NCBI GenBank assembly: GCA_964016885.1 | Contig: OZ024740.1 | Coordinates: 374,294,001 to 374,358,000, forward strand | DNA from: Eledone cirrhosa | Taxonomy: Eukaryota | Direction of reading: 5' to 3' | DNA length: 64,000 bases | Shown: piece after piece, positions 1-14,282 of the stretch | Position numbering within the stretch: position 1 is the stretch's first letter | How the letters are laid out: each line of letters starts with the position of its first letter | The notes under the pieces: generated by a model | Databases searched by the model: none | Seen by the model: the letters and a program-made list of their open reading frames with translations, nothing else | Told to the model about the DNA's origin: nothing | Position numbers and translations under genes: made by a program

Positions 1-422
1 ACAGTCACCCAAACACGAACACACATCAAGCACTATACACACACGCAAATGCATGCGCAGAGAAGACAAAAATAAATAAATAAACAGACAAAATAAAGAT
101 GGCGTAGGTATACAATACAACAGGAGGAAACATAATAGCACCACTGATGAGGTTGCAGATGTGCAACGAAAGAATTTTGTTAGACTATATATATGTGTTT
201 GTGTCTATATTATATCTGTATATTTGACCGTTGATCAGTCAATGGTAACATTGAGGACTGAATAAATTAAATTAACCGATATAAAAGACACAGAAGCGAA
301 AACCAGCCAAAGAGTGAGTGTGTTCTATTATTAATTCTGGCAATATTATTACACAAATATGACCCTCCCCAAGTATAACAATATTTGTTTCGACAAACGA
401 TTTCATATAAAAAACCTCGCAA

Positions 423-428
<6 letters not shown>
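1..428 (+). mobile_element. Penelope-like element 3' end/pLTR (same family as 58697-60321)
   Basis: Clear similarity to 59860-60321 and to the reverse complement of 58697-59076; ends in (TA)n; contains an HHR core. Confidence 0.8.
141..180 (+). ncRNA. Minimal type-I hammerhead ribozyme motif (weak stem I)
   Basis: CTGATGA-g-GTTGCA gatg TGCAAC-GAAA-gaat-TT; 6-bp stem II; stem I only about 2 bp. Confidence 0.55.
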
Positions 429-481
<53 letters not shown>

Positions 482-512
482 AGATCAAAAGATTGTTAAA
501 AGAGTTCCATGC

Positions 513-581
513 ATTTTATTATGCGCATTTCAAAAACAAATATCATCATGCAATAACATTTACGTTTTCGTCAGATAAAAT
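513..581 (-). ncRNA. Type-I hammerhead ribozyme
   Basis: Reverse complement: ATTTTAT CTGACGA [stem II] GAAA TGCGCA TA ATAAAAT. Confidence 0.85.
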
Positions 582-705
582 AGGGAGACATGATATGAAG
601 GTTTAAATACACTTGTGAATAGTGCAGTTTTAAATCAACATATGATATGTTGATTTAAAACTGCACTATTCACAAGTGTGTTTTAACCTTCATATCATGT
701 CTGCC

Positions 706-776
706 TATTTTATCTGACGAAAACGCAAATGTTATTGCATGATGATATTTGTTTTTGAAATGCACATAATACAATA
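706..776 (+). ncRNA. Type-I hammerhead ribozyme (mutated stem III/I)
   Basis: TATTTTAT CTGACGA [stem II] GAAA TGCACA TA ATACAATA. Confidence 0.75.
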
Positions 777-919
777 CATGGAACTCTTTTAACCATCTTT
801 TGATCTTATATAGTATTTATACTCCAGTCCTACAAACTGTAGAGTGCTACTTATCATGTATCTGCATTGCTTTATTGTACTACAATAAAACTCACCTCCT
901 ACATATATATATATATATA

Positions 920-1470
920 TCTAGGACGGCTGATAATTCCCGAGATTCATTGACGAGTTCTCTCCAGCGGCCTCTGTCCCTCACTATCGCTGCCATGTGC
1001 TGCGTCTCCAACAGACCAGTGTCTGTCCTTAGGGCATCAACATACGTTAACCCTGGTCATCCTCTTCCAGTGTGTCCGTGTAGGGGCTTTCAGAGGTGCA
1101 CTGAGTGGAATGTCAAATCTGAATGTCGGTTAGCATGTCCAGCTAACCTCAGTCTTCTCTGTGTCACTTTTGAGCTGACGTTTGGGAGGCCCCCATACAG
1201 CTCTGACTTTCTCATCCTCAGGTTATACTGTGGATGATATGATCAGAACCATCCTCAGCATTGTCGTATACCTCCCATCCACCATCTGAGTGAGTTTCTT
1301 GGTCAGATATATTCGCTCCCTATCACGTTTTTATCATCGTAGTGGACTATTGTATGCGCCTTGCACTCGAGAAACACCAGGACTCTGGCTTTACTGTAGC
1401 ACCCGCTGAGAGCAGGAGAGTTAAGAGCGAAAAATATACCACATGCTGAATTTGCCGACGACATACAGAG
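920..1470 (-). mobile_element. Decayed RTE-like LINE 3' fragment
   Basis: GC-richer segment; reverse strand resembles an RTE C-terminus (RLRLAGH, then PGLTYVDAL) with stops. Confidence 0.5.
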
Positions 1471-2339
1471 AAGGAGGCAGAGGATATATATATATATATA
1501 TACATGGGAGGGGTGTATATTAGTCCATGTACATTAGTGAAGGAAAAAACTCTAAATAGATTGATTATAACTTATTTATTTATATGTTTCTACACAGAGT
1601 TTCCTGCAGTGTTTATTTGTTCCGTCTAAACGAAATCACTAGTCGCGTCATTGGTGCCTGAAATAGCACAGAACGCAAATTAGTAAAACATATTCCGTTG
1701 CTGTCTAGAAGATCGCGTTCCACAGATATGGCGACAGTCACTTTTAATATTGTAAATTCAGTTCAGATATATACATTTAATTTTACACAGAACTTTTCCG
1801 TCTTCAACATCTGATTTGCTTTGAGGATAAATAGTGAGAAATGTGTCATTTGAGGGCAGACAAAATAGGCTAAGCTAAGATATATTTTACCAGGCTAATC
1901 AACAGGATTGTTGAAATACTCTTAAATATTGAATCAATGCTTACAAAAATGTATAATGTTAGGCTTTTTTTTAAACTTTAACATATATTTCAATAATTTG
2001 TTCACAAAAAGAAACTATTTATCTAATTATCACTAAGTATATATTTCTAGTATAAATTCAACTACAAAATCTATCTAAAATATTGATACACTCATATGTA
2101 TTCCTTTTAGTACTGCTTCAGTCATTATAATGCAGTAATTATTTTAATAAGGTTTAAAATCATGTTCACGTCTTCTCTTTCTCCATTCGCGATATCACCA
2201 AACATAAATATGAAGATAATGAAACACACAAACACAAACACACACGCACACATACACACGCACACACATACACACACACTCACACACACATATTATATAT
2301 ATATATAACTAGTATCCTGACAGTTATGAGGATGAGTGG

Positions 2340-2560
2340 TACAGTTCGATCAATCAAAGGAACAAGCTGGCTATGCATTTCACATACACAGGGAAATTCA
2401 GCTTGATAGAGAAGGTAAAAGGTTGGGGTCTTTTGCCAGCTAATTGCACTGGAACAAAGCTAAATAATGCTCAGGGACACAGCGCAACCCCAACAAAGAA
2501 ACCCATGACATTACGATCGTCAAACAAGTAACCTACCCATGAAGCCTCACGCATTCACAC
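2340..2560 (-). mobile_element. Decayed tRNA-derived CORE-type SINE
   Basis: Reverse complement contains tgtgtccctgagc...ttgttccagt, similar to the SINEs at 15998 and 63085. Confidence 0.45.
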
Positions 2561-2640
2561 CGAAAACACGCATACACACAGATCAACACTCACCCGCAAA
2601 CAGCTGCACGTATACACACTCACACTCACGCACTCACACA

Positions 2641-3235
2641 TTACTGGAATTATATAAGCATCCAGCTTCTATAATTTTCGGCGCAAGCAGGGGATGATTC
2701 TTTACGAATCAAACATTCAGAACTTTCAGCAAACAGGTGGAGTAGTTGGCTTTCGTAAGTACGAAAAAGTACGAAACAGAGCTCTGTCAGCTTTATCTAC
2801 ACTGTTTGCTGAAAATATAAAGTAAGTGAGACTGTCACTACTCTAAAACAATAGGTAAGGTCTTCGAAATGCTTTTAATTAAGCATACAGTGTATTGCAA
2901 AATACACTATCTATACATTCATATATATATCGCTATTTCACAACATCAATTCTAATTTTCAATTCCTGCTTGACCGGCAACCGCTCTGTATAATTAGTTC
3001 CTGATTATTACTAGAATTCTATAAGAATCAAACGTTCAGGATTTTCAGCAAACAGGTGGAGTAGTTAGCTTTGAAAAGTACCAAAAAGTACGAATGAGAG
3101 CTCTGTCAGCTTTATCTCCCCTGTTTGCTGAATATTTAAAGTAAGTGAGACTGTCACTACTCTAAGACAATAGCGTAAGGTCTTCGAAATGCTTTTAATT
3201 AAGCATACAATGTATTGCAAAATACACTATATACA
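2641..3235 (+). repeat. Partial tandem of a structured ~319-bp unit
   Basis: 2706-2915 recurs at 3025-3235; long internal hairpin TTCAGCAAACAG...CTGTTTGCTGAA. Confidence 0.8.
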
Positions 3236-3309
3236 CACACACACACATATATATATACATTTATTTTTGTGTGTGTGTGTGTGTGTGTGTATGTGTGTGT
3301 GTGTGTGTG

Positions 3310-3822
3310 TAATACAGAGTTGGGACCTGACGTCTGGACTCTTGCTGTTTCAGCCACTATCATATTTCCAGCCTGCAAATAAGGCAGCTGTAGAATGAGT
3401 TGCGATGTCCCAGGTTCCAAGATGTATGGGCCATAAAACCATGGCGTGGCAATAAAATCTTTAGATTAGTAGGCTGTGTGAAGTATATAGCAGTAAATAC
3501 ACGCATCGTACTGCTCAATCTACAAAAAGTTTTCTATAGTCCCGACATGAATGTTTGCGATCGTTGGGTGTTCAAATTATTAAAGCAACATTTTGAAAAT
3601 GTATATTCACTTCGTTAGAAGAGTTGGTAGATGAATCGCTGCGCTGGTTTCAACTATTGCCGAAGGAAAGATACAGAAAGTGTTAAATGCTTTGGTTAAG
3701 AATTGTAAAGTTGTTATTTCATTCAATGGAGATCATATTTTGTACAATAAATACATTTTAGTTTCAATATGTTGTGCATTTTGATTTAAAAGGTTATTCT
3801 AAAGACTTTATTGGGACACCAA
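3310..3822 (+). mobile_element. Mariner (Tc1/mariner) transposase C-terminal remnant
   Basis: ORF 3400-3618 contains YSPDMNVCDRWVFKLLK, matching the mariner YSPDLAPxD motif. Confidence 0.7.
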
Positions 3823-4079
3823 GCATATATGTATAGAATATTAAAATATGTGCTTCATATTCTATGATATCTAAAATATTAAAATATAATATTTGAATGA
3901 CCACTCAGTATTGGTGGGTAAACATAGGAAATGTATTTTCTATGTAAGAACTTTATAGTGATTTCAAAATTTCATCAATTCAGCTTACAGCATCAACAAT
4001 GTTGAGCGACTAAGGTTCAACTTTGAAATCATTTACACTTTCCAGCATGTACAATAAATTCCCACATTGGTTTATGAGC

Positions 4080-4600
4080 TAACATGAGATCTAAGCATCA
4101 CTTGGTCGACGTATAATAGCAGTCGGGGTGGCAATGCTGTTTCGGAAAGGCCAGGTGCTTCATGTACGGATGATGATCCTCGACCACGACTGATGGTCCT
4201 CTATTAGAATGGAAGCGAAGATTGTGGTTTTAGACAGGTTGCCATCTATGCCCTGACTAGGACAGGACTGTCGATTTGCGTCAGGCGTCAATAATCCATA
4301 CTTGGAATGTTTTATTCTTTACTGTAAGTGGTTGACTGGAGCAGAATCTTAGACATACATTTGGGACTGTGTCAGATGAGCCTTAAACAAATTTCTCAGA
4401 AGATTCCACCTGTATGACAAATAACTTGATTTCTCGAATGCGCTAGTGAGGACATGGGGCAAACGTATAGTGTAATTTATATCATATTTAGATAGGTTTG
4501 CTAATAGAGATAACGTCGGGTGTCCACATCTATACACTGTTGACCATTTAGATCACGAATTTGCGATCTGCAAGGTCGACCCACGTAGAAATAAACGGCG
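4080..4600 (-). mobile_element. Decayed L1/Tx1-like LINE fragment
   Basis: GC-richer segment with weak endonuclease-like residues on the reverse strand; many stops. Confidence 0.3.
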
Positions 4601-6016
4601 AACCTGATATTTGTTCCCGACGCATAAACCTTACAGATGTCGGATTAGGATATTAGTTAAACGAGAGTGTACTAGACAATCACCTACAATAGGTGGTGGG
4701 AAGAAGGGTGTCAGTATAATAAAACCAGTAGCTTTTAGTAAAGAAGTAGCATTAAAAAAAATATGTTCTTGTGCATGTTAGTAGCTAAATTTGACAATCG
4801 GATTAGATGTGGCATTCCAAGCGAGGTACTAGATGTGAGAATTGCCCCAGATAATTTCATGAATGTGAAACAGGAAGGTTGCATTGTCAGAACTAAGACA
4901 CAAGCTATGAAATAGAGGGGAACCAACGCTGCCCGGTGGTTCCGAGAGACTGAAGCGCAGCATAGCTGCAAAGGCACAGTTAAGTGTTTTAGGGACCAAT
5001 ATTGGCGTGTGCTGGTATATTCCAAACAGTGGTATACGCCCTCCAGCGGCACTCTTCACAATTGTTCGTGCAAAGTGGCTGGAGAACGATGGTTATGGAG
5101 ATAATAAAGATGGTCATGAGAATGATCCTGAACATTTGTAGGGATTTATTTTCAATTTGAAATGATATTGACACTGATGATGATGAGGAAGATGATTATT
5201 ATGTTGGTGATGGTGGTAATGACGTTGGGTGTCCTGGTAGTGGAGACGCTGCTGCTTGTTATGGTGGTTGTGACTAACGTAGCGATGATGATGATAATAA
5301 GAATGCGGATCCTCAACATTTCGCAGGGAATCATTTTTGTTTCGTTATTGATGATGATAACAATTATTATAGCTAATATGTTGTTGGTGAAGATGATGAT
5401 GATGATGAAGTGACATTTATAACATTTATTTACTTGATTTTTCTTGTTTAGTTAATTTGAATTCGGTTTATATATATTTTGTTAATTCATTTATTTTTAT
5501 TTATCGCATGTGCAATATATTTATTCAATGATTTTGTTTTATTATTCTGTTAACGTAGTGGTCTCTAGTTTATTGGATAATTAATCACAATTTCATTAGA
5601 ATATAAATATTCAAAAAAGGTTTGATTGGATTTTATATGAACATTAACACTTCCACCCGTACCACCACCAGTGAATAATTTACCTTTGCTAAATATATTT
5701 TTGTGCAAACAATTTTTCTTGATCCTTTAAATTTGCTTTTTTACGAGTTTGAGTAATTAATAACGTATTTCATTTCGATTTCTTTATTCATATGTTTCAA
5801 ATTTTAGTCAGATGTAAAATGATATAAATGACCAATGTTGAAAGAAATCCAAACAGTAGGATGAGATTTAACTATGAATTTATTACATAGGAAGGTTTCT
5901 TGCTGTCCTTTTCTTTCTCGTTGCCTTATATTTTTAATTTGTTTTTGCAGGAAATTTATCGGAGCTGACAGTAATTGTTTTATTTAATATAAATACATCA
6001 CACACACACACACACA

Positions 6017-6062
<46 letters not shown>

Positions 6063-6164
6063 CACACACACACATATATATAAATATATACTCTAGTCAA
6101 AGTTTAGTAAAAATATCGAAGGTTAAGAGCACTCAGTTCATAGGACGTTTAGTATAAATAATGG

Positions 6165-6370
6165 TTTCTTATATAGGCACAAGGCCAGCAATTTGAGCAG
6201 GGGAAAGTCTATTAAATCGATCCCAGTGCGTGACTGGTACTTTATTTTACCGACGCCTTAAGGATGAAATGCAAAGTTAACCTCGGCGGGATTTGAACTC
6301 AGATCATAAATGGCTGCAACTATATGCTGCAAAACATGGTGTCCGACCCTCTACCGATACTACCAATCTA
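6165..6370 (-). mobile_element. tRNA-derived SINE with Deu/Nin-type central domain
   Basis: Reverse complement has B-box GAGTTCAAATCC and a degenerate TTTCATCCTTaaGGcGTCGgTAAAATAAAGTACCAGT core. Confidence 0.8.
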
Positions 6371-6514
6371 CTGCCTGAGTTTAGTATAAATGTGATATAA
6401 ACAGGTACCTAAGCTTTGTCGGGTTCTGAACCCAAACTCATTCAGCCTGTCATAAGAAATAAGAAATTGAGTTGGGGGTCTAAAACCCAATGAAACGTAA
6501 GCACATGTTGTAAT

Positions 6515-6599
<85 letters not shown>

Positions 6600-6604
<5 letters not shown>

Positions 6605-7084
6605 CAAATAACGAAACGAAATTAAATTTCGTTTCGTTTGTAACTCACTTTTGTATGACTGACGCTTAAACAATTAAGTTAAAAATGTACATCCACATAT
6701 GTATACTGAAATACTAGTATGCATATGAATACACACACGTATACATATGTAGATGTACCGAGTTTTTCACTAGTCACTTTACTGTGAGTGTCCAGCTATT
6801 CTGTATGTAAACACACAGACAAACCGGTTTTTAGAGTCATACTGGTTTTTGAGGAAACACCTTTCCTCTATTCTCCAGAAAGCCAGACAAGGAATATTGA
6901 ACTAGTTTCGTTGTTGTTACAACTCATCAGCAATATTTACCTATCTTCCGGCCTTTCTAGAGAATCGTAAAAGCACATATCGTTATATGCTTTTTCTATG
7001 AAAATTAGTAGTGGGCAGACTAATTTGCATAGAGCGTGAGTACGTACCGGTTCAACGGAGATGATAAAAACAAATAACGAAACA
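6600..7084 (-). mobile_element. Non-coding HHR unit (~466 nt, terminally redundant), putative non-LTR retrozyme
   Basis: AAAACAAATAACGAAAC at both ends (6601 and 7067); flanked by (TA)n; contains a perfect HHR and ATTTGCAT at 7023-7030. Confidence 0.7.
6893..6937 (-). ncRNA. Minimal type-I hammerhead ribozyme
   Basis: Reverse complement: AATATTG CTGATGA GTTG taacaa CAAC GAAA CTAG TT CAATATT (7-bp stem I, 4-bp stem II, palindromic stem III). Confidence 0.92.
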
Positions 7085-7419
7085 AATATGTGTATATATA
7101 TATATATATATACGTGTATATATTATATATATATATAAATATATATACATATATATATAAATGCAAAAGTTCTATTTAAAGTTGTTGGGATACAACAAGT
7201 ACATATTTGTATAACTGAATTAAAGCACCCGACACGTTTTTGGAGTAGATATACGATATTAATAAATGGAAACTATATTTATAAAACCATATTTATTTCA
7301 TTATACATATTTCAGGGATACCATATTAAATTATGGTATGCTTTCATCAGACAAAATACAATATATAACAGTTTTACAAATAGCTTTGACGTACCCTTTT
7401 AAAATACAACCATTACTTT

Positions 7420-7505
<86 letters not shown>

Positions 7506-7538
7506 TATATATATACATATATATAAATATATATATAC

Positions 7539-8322
<784 letters not shown>

Positions 8323-8324
8323 CA

Positions 8325-8437
8325 TTCTGAGTTCAAATCACGCCGAGGTAAACTTTGCCTTTCATCCTTACGGGGTCGATAAAATAAAGTACCAGTAATG
8401 TACTGCGTAATTGTGGCCTTGTGCCAAAAGTAGAAAC

Positions 8438-8442
<5 letters not shown>
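8325..8442 (+). mobile_element. Deu/Nin-type SINE (5' truncated)
   Basis: GAGTTCAAATC...GCCTTTCATCCTTACGGGGTCGATAAAATAAAGTACCAGT...GTAGAAACAATTAT. Confidence 0.85.
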
Positions 8443-8510
<68 letters not shown>

Positions 8511-8746
8511 TGTCTCTCACTGGGGTATCTGACCCACTGGGGCAGTACTATCAAACTTTTCATCCTCTTCGCGTGTCCTGTGATTGTCCGCCCTTTATCT
8601 ACGTCATCATAATTCTGACCGCATGTACCAATCCGCTGACCATCAGGGCGTTAGCTGTCCCATATCTGCTACACTTCAATAAATTATTGCTGTGATTGGT
8701 AGTTTACACATCCACGCGCGCACTCACAGGACACACACACACACAG

Positions 8747-8812
<66 letters not shown>

Positions 8813-9448
8813 ACACACACATACACACACATACACATAAACACATAGATAACGACAGTCGTACGCATAGACTCCCGCTATACACACACATGTGTGCATA
8901 CACATGCATACACGTATATATACCCGTACACAAAAACACGCACATTCACAGACATGAACACCTATACAAACATTTAATTTTTCTTTCATTCATACTAGTT
9001 ATTATTCATTCAGCAGGAAAAAATTATTTAATAAATCTTATTTCCATGATGTTATTAAATCAATGATTTTACTGGGTGAAATGTTAGTGACTAGAACTTG
9101 CAAACCAAAAATGTTAAAACTGATATCATGTTAACTATATATCGCCACACTCTTGTCCTCTGCATTTCTGGCTGGCCTTTCGACATACATTTCAAACACA
9201 TACACACATGAACGCGTTCAGGCATATAATAGGTACACGTATCATGATATTCATACATACATGACAGACAGAAACAGATACAGACACGTTGAAAACATTT
9301 TCGAAGACACACATGAAGAAAATGTGCTTATGTTCTATTATCATTGCACATGCGTAGTAGGAAGATTTGAGACGTCAGATAGAATATATCTATATGTATA
9401 TATACACACACACACACACGCACACACACACACACACACACATACACA

Positions 9449-9573
<125 letters not shown>

Positions 9574-10219
9574 AATAGCAATAATAATACATTTGAAGAC
9601 TAAAATCCAAAGAGAGCTCGATAAGGATAAATATATATATCAGATATATAAGAACCGTAGAGCAATATATATACATATATATATATACATGAATATAAAT
9701 ATATATGCATGTGCGTTTGTGCACGTGTATATATGTGTACGTGAGTTTACTGTGGAGAACTATCGGAGCCGTGCAGAAGTTCACAACATCCGATAAGACG
9801 CGCTGCGATATTTCTCTTATCTGTATGTCCTCATTGTTGCGTCCAAATCCCTTGAAGCTCTAAATTTCCTTTTCATTTACAAAGTGTAAAGGTGACAGCT
9901 TAACATACTTCTGCCGGTGCAGCTCACTTTCATTCAAGCTGTCACATCCTGGATATTCCACTTGGCCAAGAGTGGGTTGACCGACTGGTTGACTGCGTCT
10001 GCTCACAGCTATATGACAAACATAATACATCAGCTAATCCAAATAATCCAAATAATCCAAGGTTGAATGAGATGGATATTTACAAATTATGTGTGTACTT
10101 ATATATATATAAACACTTATACACATCTCCTATTCCCCCATATTCATATGTATATGGATGCATACACACACACGCAGGCACACACATACCCCCACACACA
10201 CGCACGCACACGCACACAT

Positions 10220-10295
<76 letters not shown>

Positions 10296-10308
10296 AAGTA
10301 CTACTTAT

Positions 10309-10358
<50 letters not shown>

Positions 10359-10468
10359 ATAAGGCTAAAATCCAAACAGGGCTCGATAAGTATAATTATA
10401 TATCAAATATATAAGAAACGTACAGCAAATATTTATTAAAATAACAAATTAAAGTTTAAGCAAACAAT

Positions 10469-10530
10469 CGCTGCTTATATATATTTCAAAGGTACCAACA
10501 TTTTGGTGCGCACTCATCAGATAAAATACG
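10469..10530 (-). ncRNA. Type-I hammerhead motif (degenerate stem I)
   Basis: Reverse complement: ttttat CTGATGA gtgcgcACCAA aatg TTGGTaccttt GAAA tata TA. Confidence 0.6.
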
Positions 10531-11135
10531 AAAGTTGTTTTATAAATATTGACATATCAGAAAACAAGAACTTATCGTTTTAAGTTCAGTTTGGATAGTT
10601 ACAGAAATGTTAAATCTTATGACAGAAATTTCACATCTTAATACGTACAGTTGAAAAAGATCGTTATATTTAGACGCTAGGTAAATTTAAATATATAAGG
10701 GAAGAAGAGAGAAAGTTTAATACTAATATTATAATTAGAAATGCAATATTATTAAGATATAATTGTATGGATCAAATCAGTGATGGTGTAAAGAGAGTGA
10801 TACTATTATATTTATTTATTTAATTATAATTATACACCCCGGTAGTATCCATAAAATAATCTGAGAACCATAAATATGTTGAAGTGGTGGAAAGCCAATT
10901 TTAAAATTGAGAGATAGTACTAATTATTGGATCTATTCTAATCGTGAGATATAATATTATATAGATAATTTTTATAAGTATATTTTATGAAACATTAAGG
11001 TTGTAAGTTTTGTTCAGTACATAGATAATTTAAATATTTTTATATATTTTAAGTGTTTCGATAAATTTCGTGTTTACATTTTCAATATATAGTTAAGAAA
11101 AAGCAAGTAGTTCTAGTTTTATTAGAGAAGATTAT

Positions 11136-11918
11136 TTGCCTTTCATCCTTACGGGGTCGATAAAATAAAATACCAGTAATACACTGGGATAATTGCTGGC
11201 CTTGTGCCAAAAGTAGAAACAATTATTTAGTCTATCAAGATAGGGATACATTTAGAAAATTTAATAAGTTAACGAAATTATACAGAAAATTTAATATTTA
11301 TGTACATTTTAGTTGTTACTTAGAAGAAATATTTAAACGTGTTACATTATAAAGGTAAAGATAACTCCAATGTTTCTTAGTTTATAATTAAATTTATTTA
11401 AAAGAATATTCAATTAAGATATATGCAAAACATATGTAGAAAACAGTTATATATTATTTTGTATATGATTTCAAAGTATCCTGTATTAAATATTTTCAAG
11501 AAAAAAATTATTTTATACATGTTTTTAGATAGCATTATCTATCATTTAGATAGCATTATCTATCATTTAGATAGCATTATCTATCTATCATTCCAGCATA
11601 GTTACGTCCCTTTACGATCTGAGTTCAAATCCCGCCGAGGTTGACTTTGCCTTTCATCCTTACGGGGTCGATAAAATAAAGTACCAGTAATGTACTGGGT
11701 AATTTCTGGCCTTGTGCCAATAGTAGAAACAATTATCTATCATGGCAGTATTGGTAGAGGGTCAGACATGCTTTCCAGCGTAGTTACGTTCCTTTACGAT
11801 CTGAGTTCAAATCCCGCCGAGGTTAACTCTGCCTTTCATCCTTACAGGGTCGATAAAATAAAGTACCAGTAATTCACTGAGTAATTGCTGGCCTTGTGCC
11901 AAAAGTAGAAACAATTAT
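11136..11918 (+). mobile_element. Three Deu/Nin-type SINE copies (11136-11228, 11595-11737, 11740-11918) plus a 21-bp tandem (11524-11590)
   Basis: Repeated SINE core; (TTTAGATAGCATTATCTATCA)x3. Confidence 0.85.
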
Positions 11919-14236
11919 CTACATCGCTGCAAATGTTAATATCTATATATTCTATTATGAAGAAATATTAGAGACATCCAAAGAATATTCAGAAACATGA
12001 TTAAAACTACCACACGAAAGAAATTTCAAAATATCATTTAAAAAAACATTAAAAAAAGAATATAATTTGAAAAATATCATTTAAAAAGAAAAACATCATC
12101 CCATAATCACCTCAAAACAACAACAAAACATAGTGAAGACATATAAAGTGTGAACAGGTGAGGTATAGATAATATTTTCTATAGATTATAGATACTTCTC
12201 AATGTTTTGGTTTGGCGATGTCTGCAGGAACTGGATAATTCTGTGTTTTTTTTTGTTAATAGAGCTTTGACTGGTAAGTATATGAACAATTTCCTCAACA
12301 CACAAATGACAAATTCTTGAGAGACCCATATTTCGAGATGCAGGCGCTTTCGAAATCGTTCCCCAAGGGATTGAATAATCGATATTATTTTCTTTCAAGT
12401 ACCAAATTAGATGTGAATGTGATATTGAAAATGTTTTGTCTGATCTGTTAAATATATATTTTATCTCTAGATTTTACTATGCATTTATATACTAAGTTTT
12501 TTATCTAGACAATTATTCTGTAAAGGGCAATTTAATTCGTTTCTACAGTTACATTTTCCAGAAATATCGTCAGTAGGAACGGTACGATTATTATTAGTAA
12601 TATTAATATTGTTATTTTAGTTTATTTGATTTGGCTTTAAATTTAAGTTTCTATTATTAATTCTATTAATATGTTGTGCTATATTCATATCAGTAGAGTA
12701 AGATAGTTTAATAGTATGTCGGTTAAAAATAGAATGGTATCTATTGGATTTAGGAAAACATCTATCTTTGAAAAATAGGTTTGCTACATGTGATTTAACT
12801 CCTAATGAGAATGGGGGAGACTACCAAATATTATTTCTAGTTCTAGTTCTTTTGTTTGGTTTACTATTTATGTTAAATTCATCTTCTTATTATTATTATA
12901 GTACATTTTAGGATGATATGGCATGTTACTGTTATCTAAGTATTTAATTTTATTCATGCAGCCAGCTCTATATAGAGCATCATTGTAATATTCTGCCTTA
13001 TTTTCAAAAATATTTTTATTAGCTGAAATGCGTGAAATTCGTTGTTGGACACTATTGACAATAGCATTTTTCACATTTTTAGGATGGTTAGAATTGAAGC
13101 TTACATAGTTTAGGTTTTCATTAATGTTATGGTAAGGGTAATATAGACATGAGCTGAGGTTTAAAGTGACATCTAAGAAGTTAACAGTTTTATTATTATT
13201 CTCAATTTCTAATTTAAGGTTGTAATTATTTAAAAATTCAATGATAATTTTCTTTTTCCTATTAAGTTCGCTATTGTTAGGGTTGTCGACTATAAGTAAC
13301 ATATCGTCGCGGTATAAACCTCCGGCCATCTCTGGCATTTTTCTATTAAGAATAAATATTCCAACGAGGTCTGTTACTTGGACTGAGTTAGATGATCCGA
13401 TTGTGATATCGAAATTGTTCTGTCTGTCAGCCCTTGTCCAGAGATGGTTATTACATTCAATTAGGGTTTTACGTGCGGTTAAAATGATATTTATATCTCC
13501 ACTAGCTAAGTCAGTATGTTTTGAAGCATAAATACGCGCCTTATTAAGTAAGTTAGAGGTAATTGAGGAGTAGTAATTAGCAATATCCATTTGTATAAAT
13601 TTGTTCTTATGTTTTAATTTAATGTCTACAAAACAATCTATTACTTCATTAGTACCGTTTAAGATGTGATTTTTGCTTAAGTGCTGGTATAATCCTATCT
13701 AGTATATGTTTGCTAATTATGACTAAATCAGAGGTCGATGGTGCGATAAGTCTACTTCGAAATTTCTTATGTAGTCCTTCATATTTATCTTCGGTTTCCT
13801 TGGTATGAAAGGTTCAGTCTTATTTTGTATACCTAATTTGTATATGATTTCCGACGCTTCCTTATTTAGGGTTGATATATCTTCATTGGATGTTTTTTTA
13901 TAGTTCTTCTTGAGTTCTTTCAATATTAAATTATTATAATTATCCGTATAAATTATTAGTTTTGTCAGATTTTACTAGGATCTACTTTGTTTTTTTTTTC
14001 AGGTTTTCTATCTTTTTGAGGCTTATAACTTAGTTCCTTTTGGTAACCATGAAATATATATAATAAAATAAATATAGTTTTATAAAGATAGTGTCCATTT
14101 ATTAATGTCATTGATATTATACTCCAGAAGAAACTGTAGAGTGCTTCGTAACTGTTATAAACAAATTTGTTCAATAACCAACACATTAAATATCTCTTTG
14201 CTTATATATGTATATATATATATATATATAAATATG

Positions 14237-14282
<46 letters not shown>

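Larger units (their letters stand above)
476..903. mobile_element. Fold-back pair of Naiad-type pLTRs (family of 23220-23480)
   Basis: Arms about 476-643 and 645-812 are reverse complements around AACATAT-g-ATATGTT; right arm continues into the pLTR tail also seen at 23390-23478. Confidence 0.85.
10340..14100 (-). mobile_element. Decayed Naiad-type Penelope-like element (RT + GIY-YIG, pLTR)
   Basis: ORFs 13723-13923, 12868-13590 (DIANYYSSI, GLYRDDML, SNHP) and 12186-12398 (CHLCVEE) are colinear with the intact ORF at 19836; frameshifts; HHR at the 3' end. Confidence 0.9.

Noticed and set aside
1560-1680. Possible minus-strand hammerhead (GAAA-cata-TA)
   Set aside because: No recognisable CUGANGA or stem I
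11524-11918. CRISPR-like array
   Set aside because: Eukaryotic tandem and SINE repeats without unique spacers or cas genes
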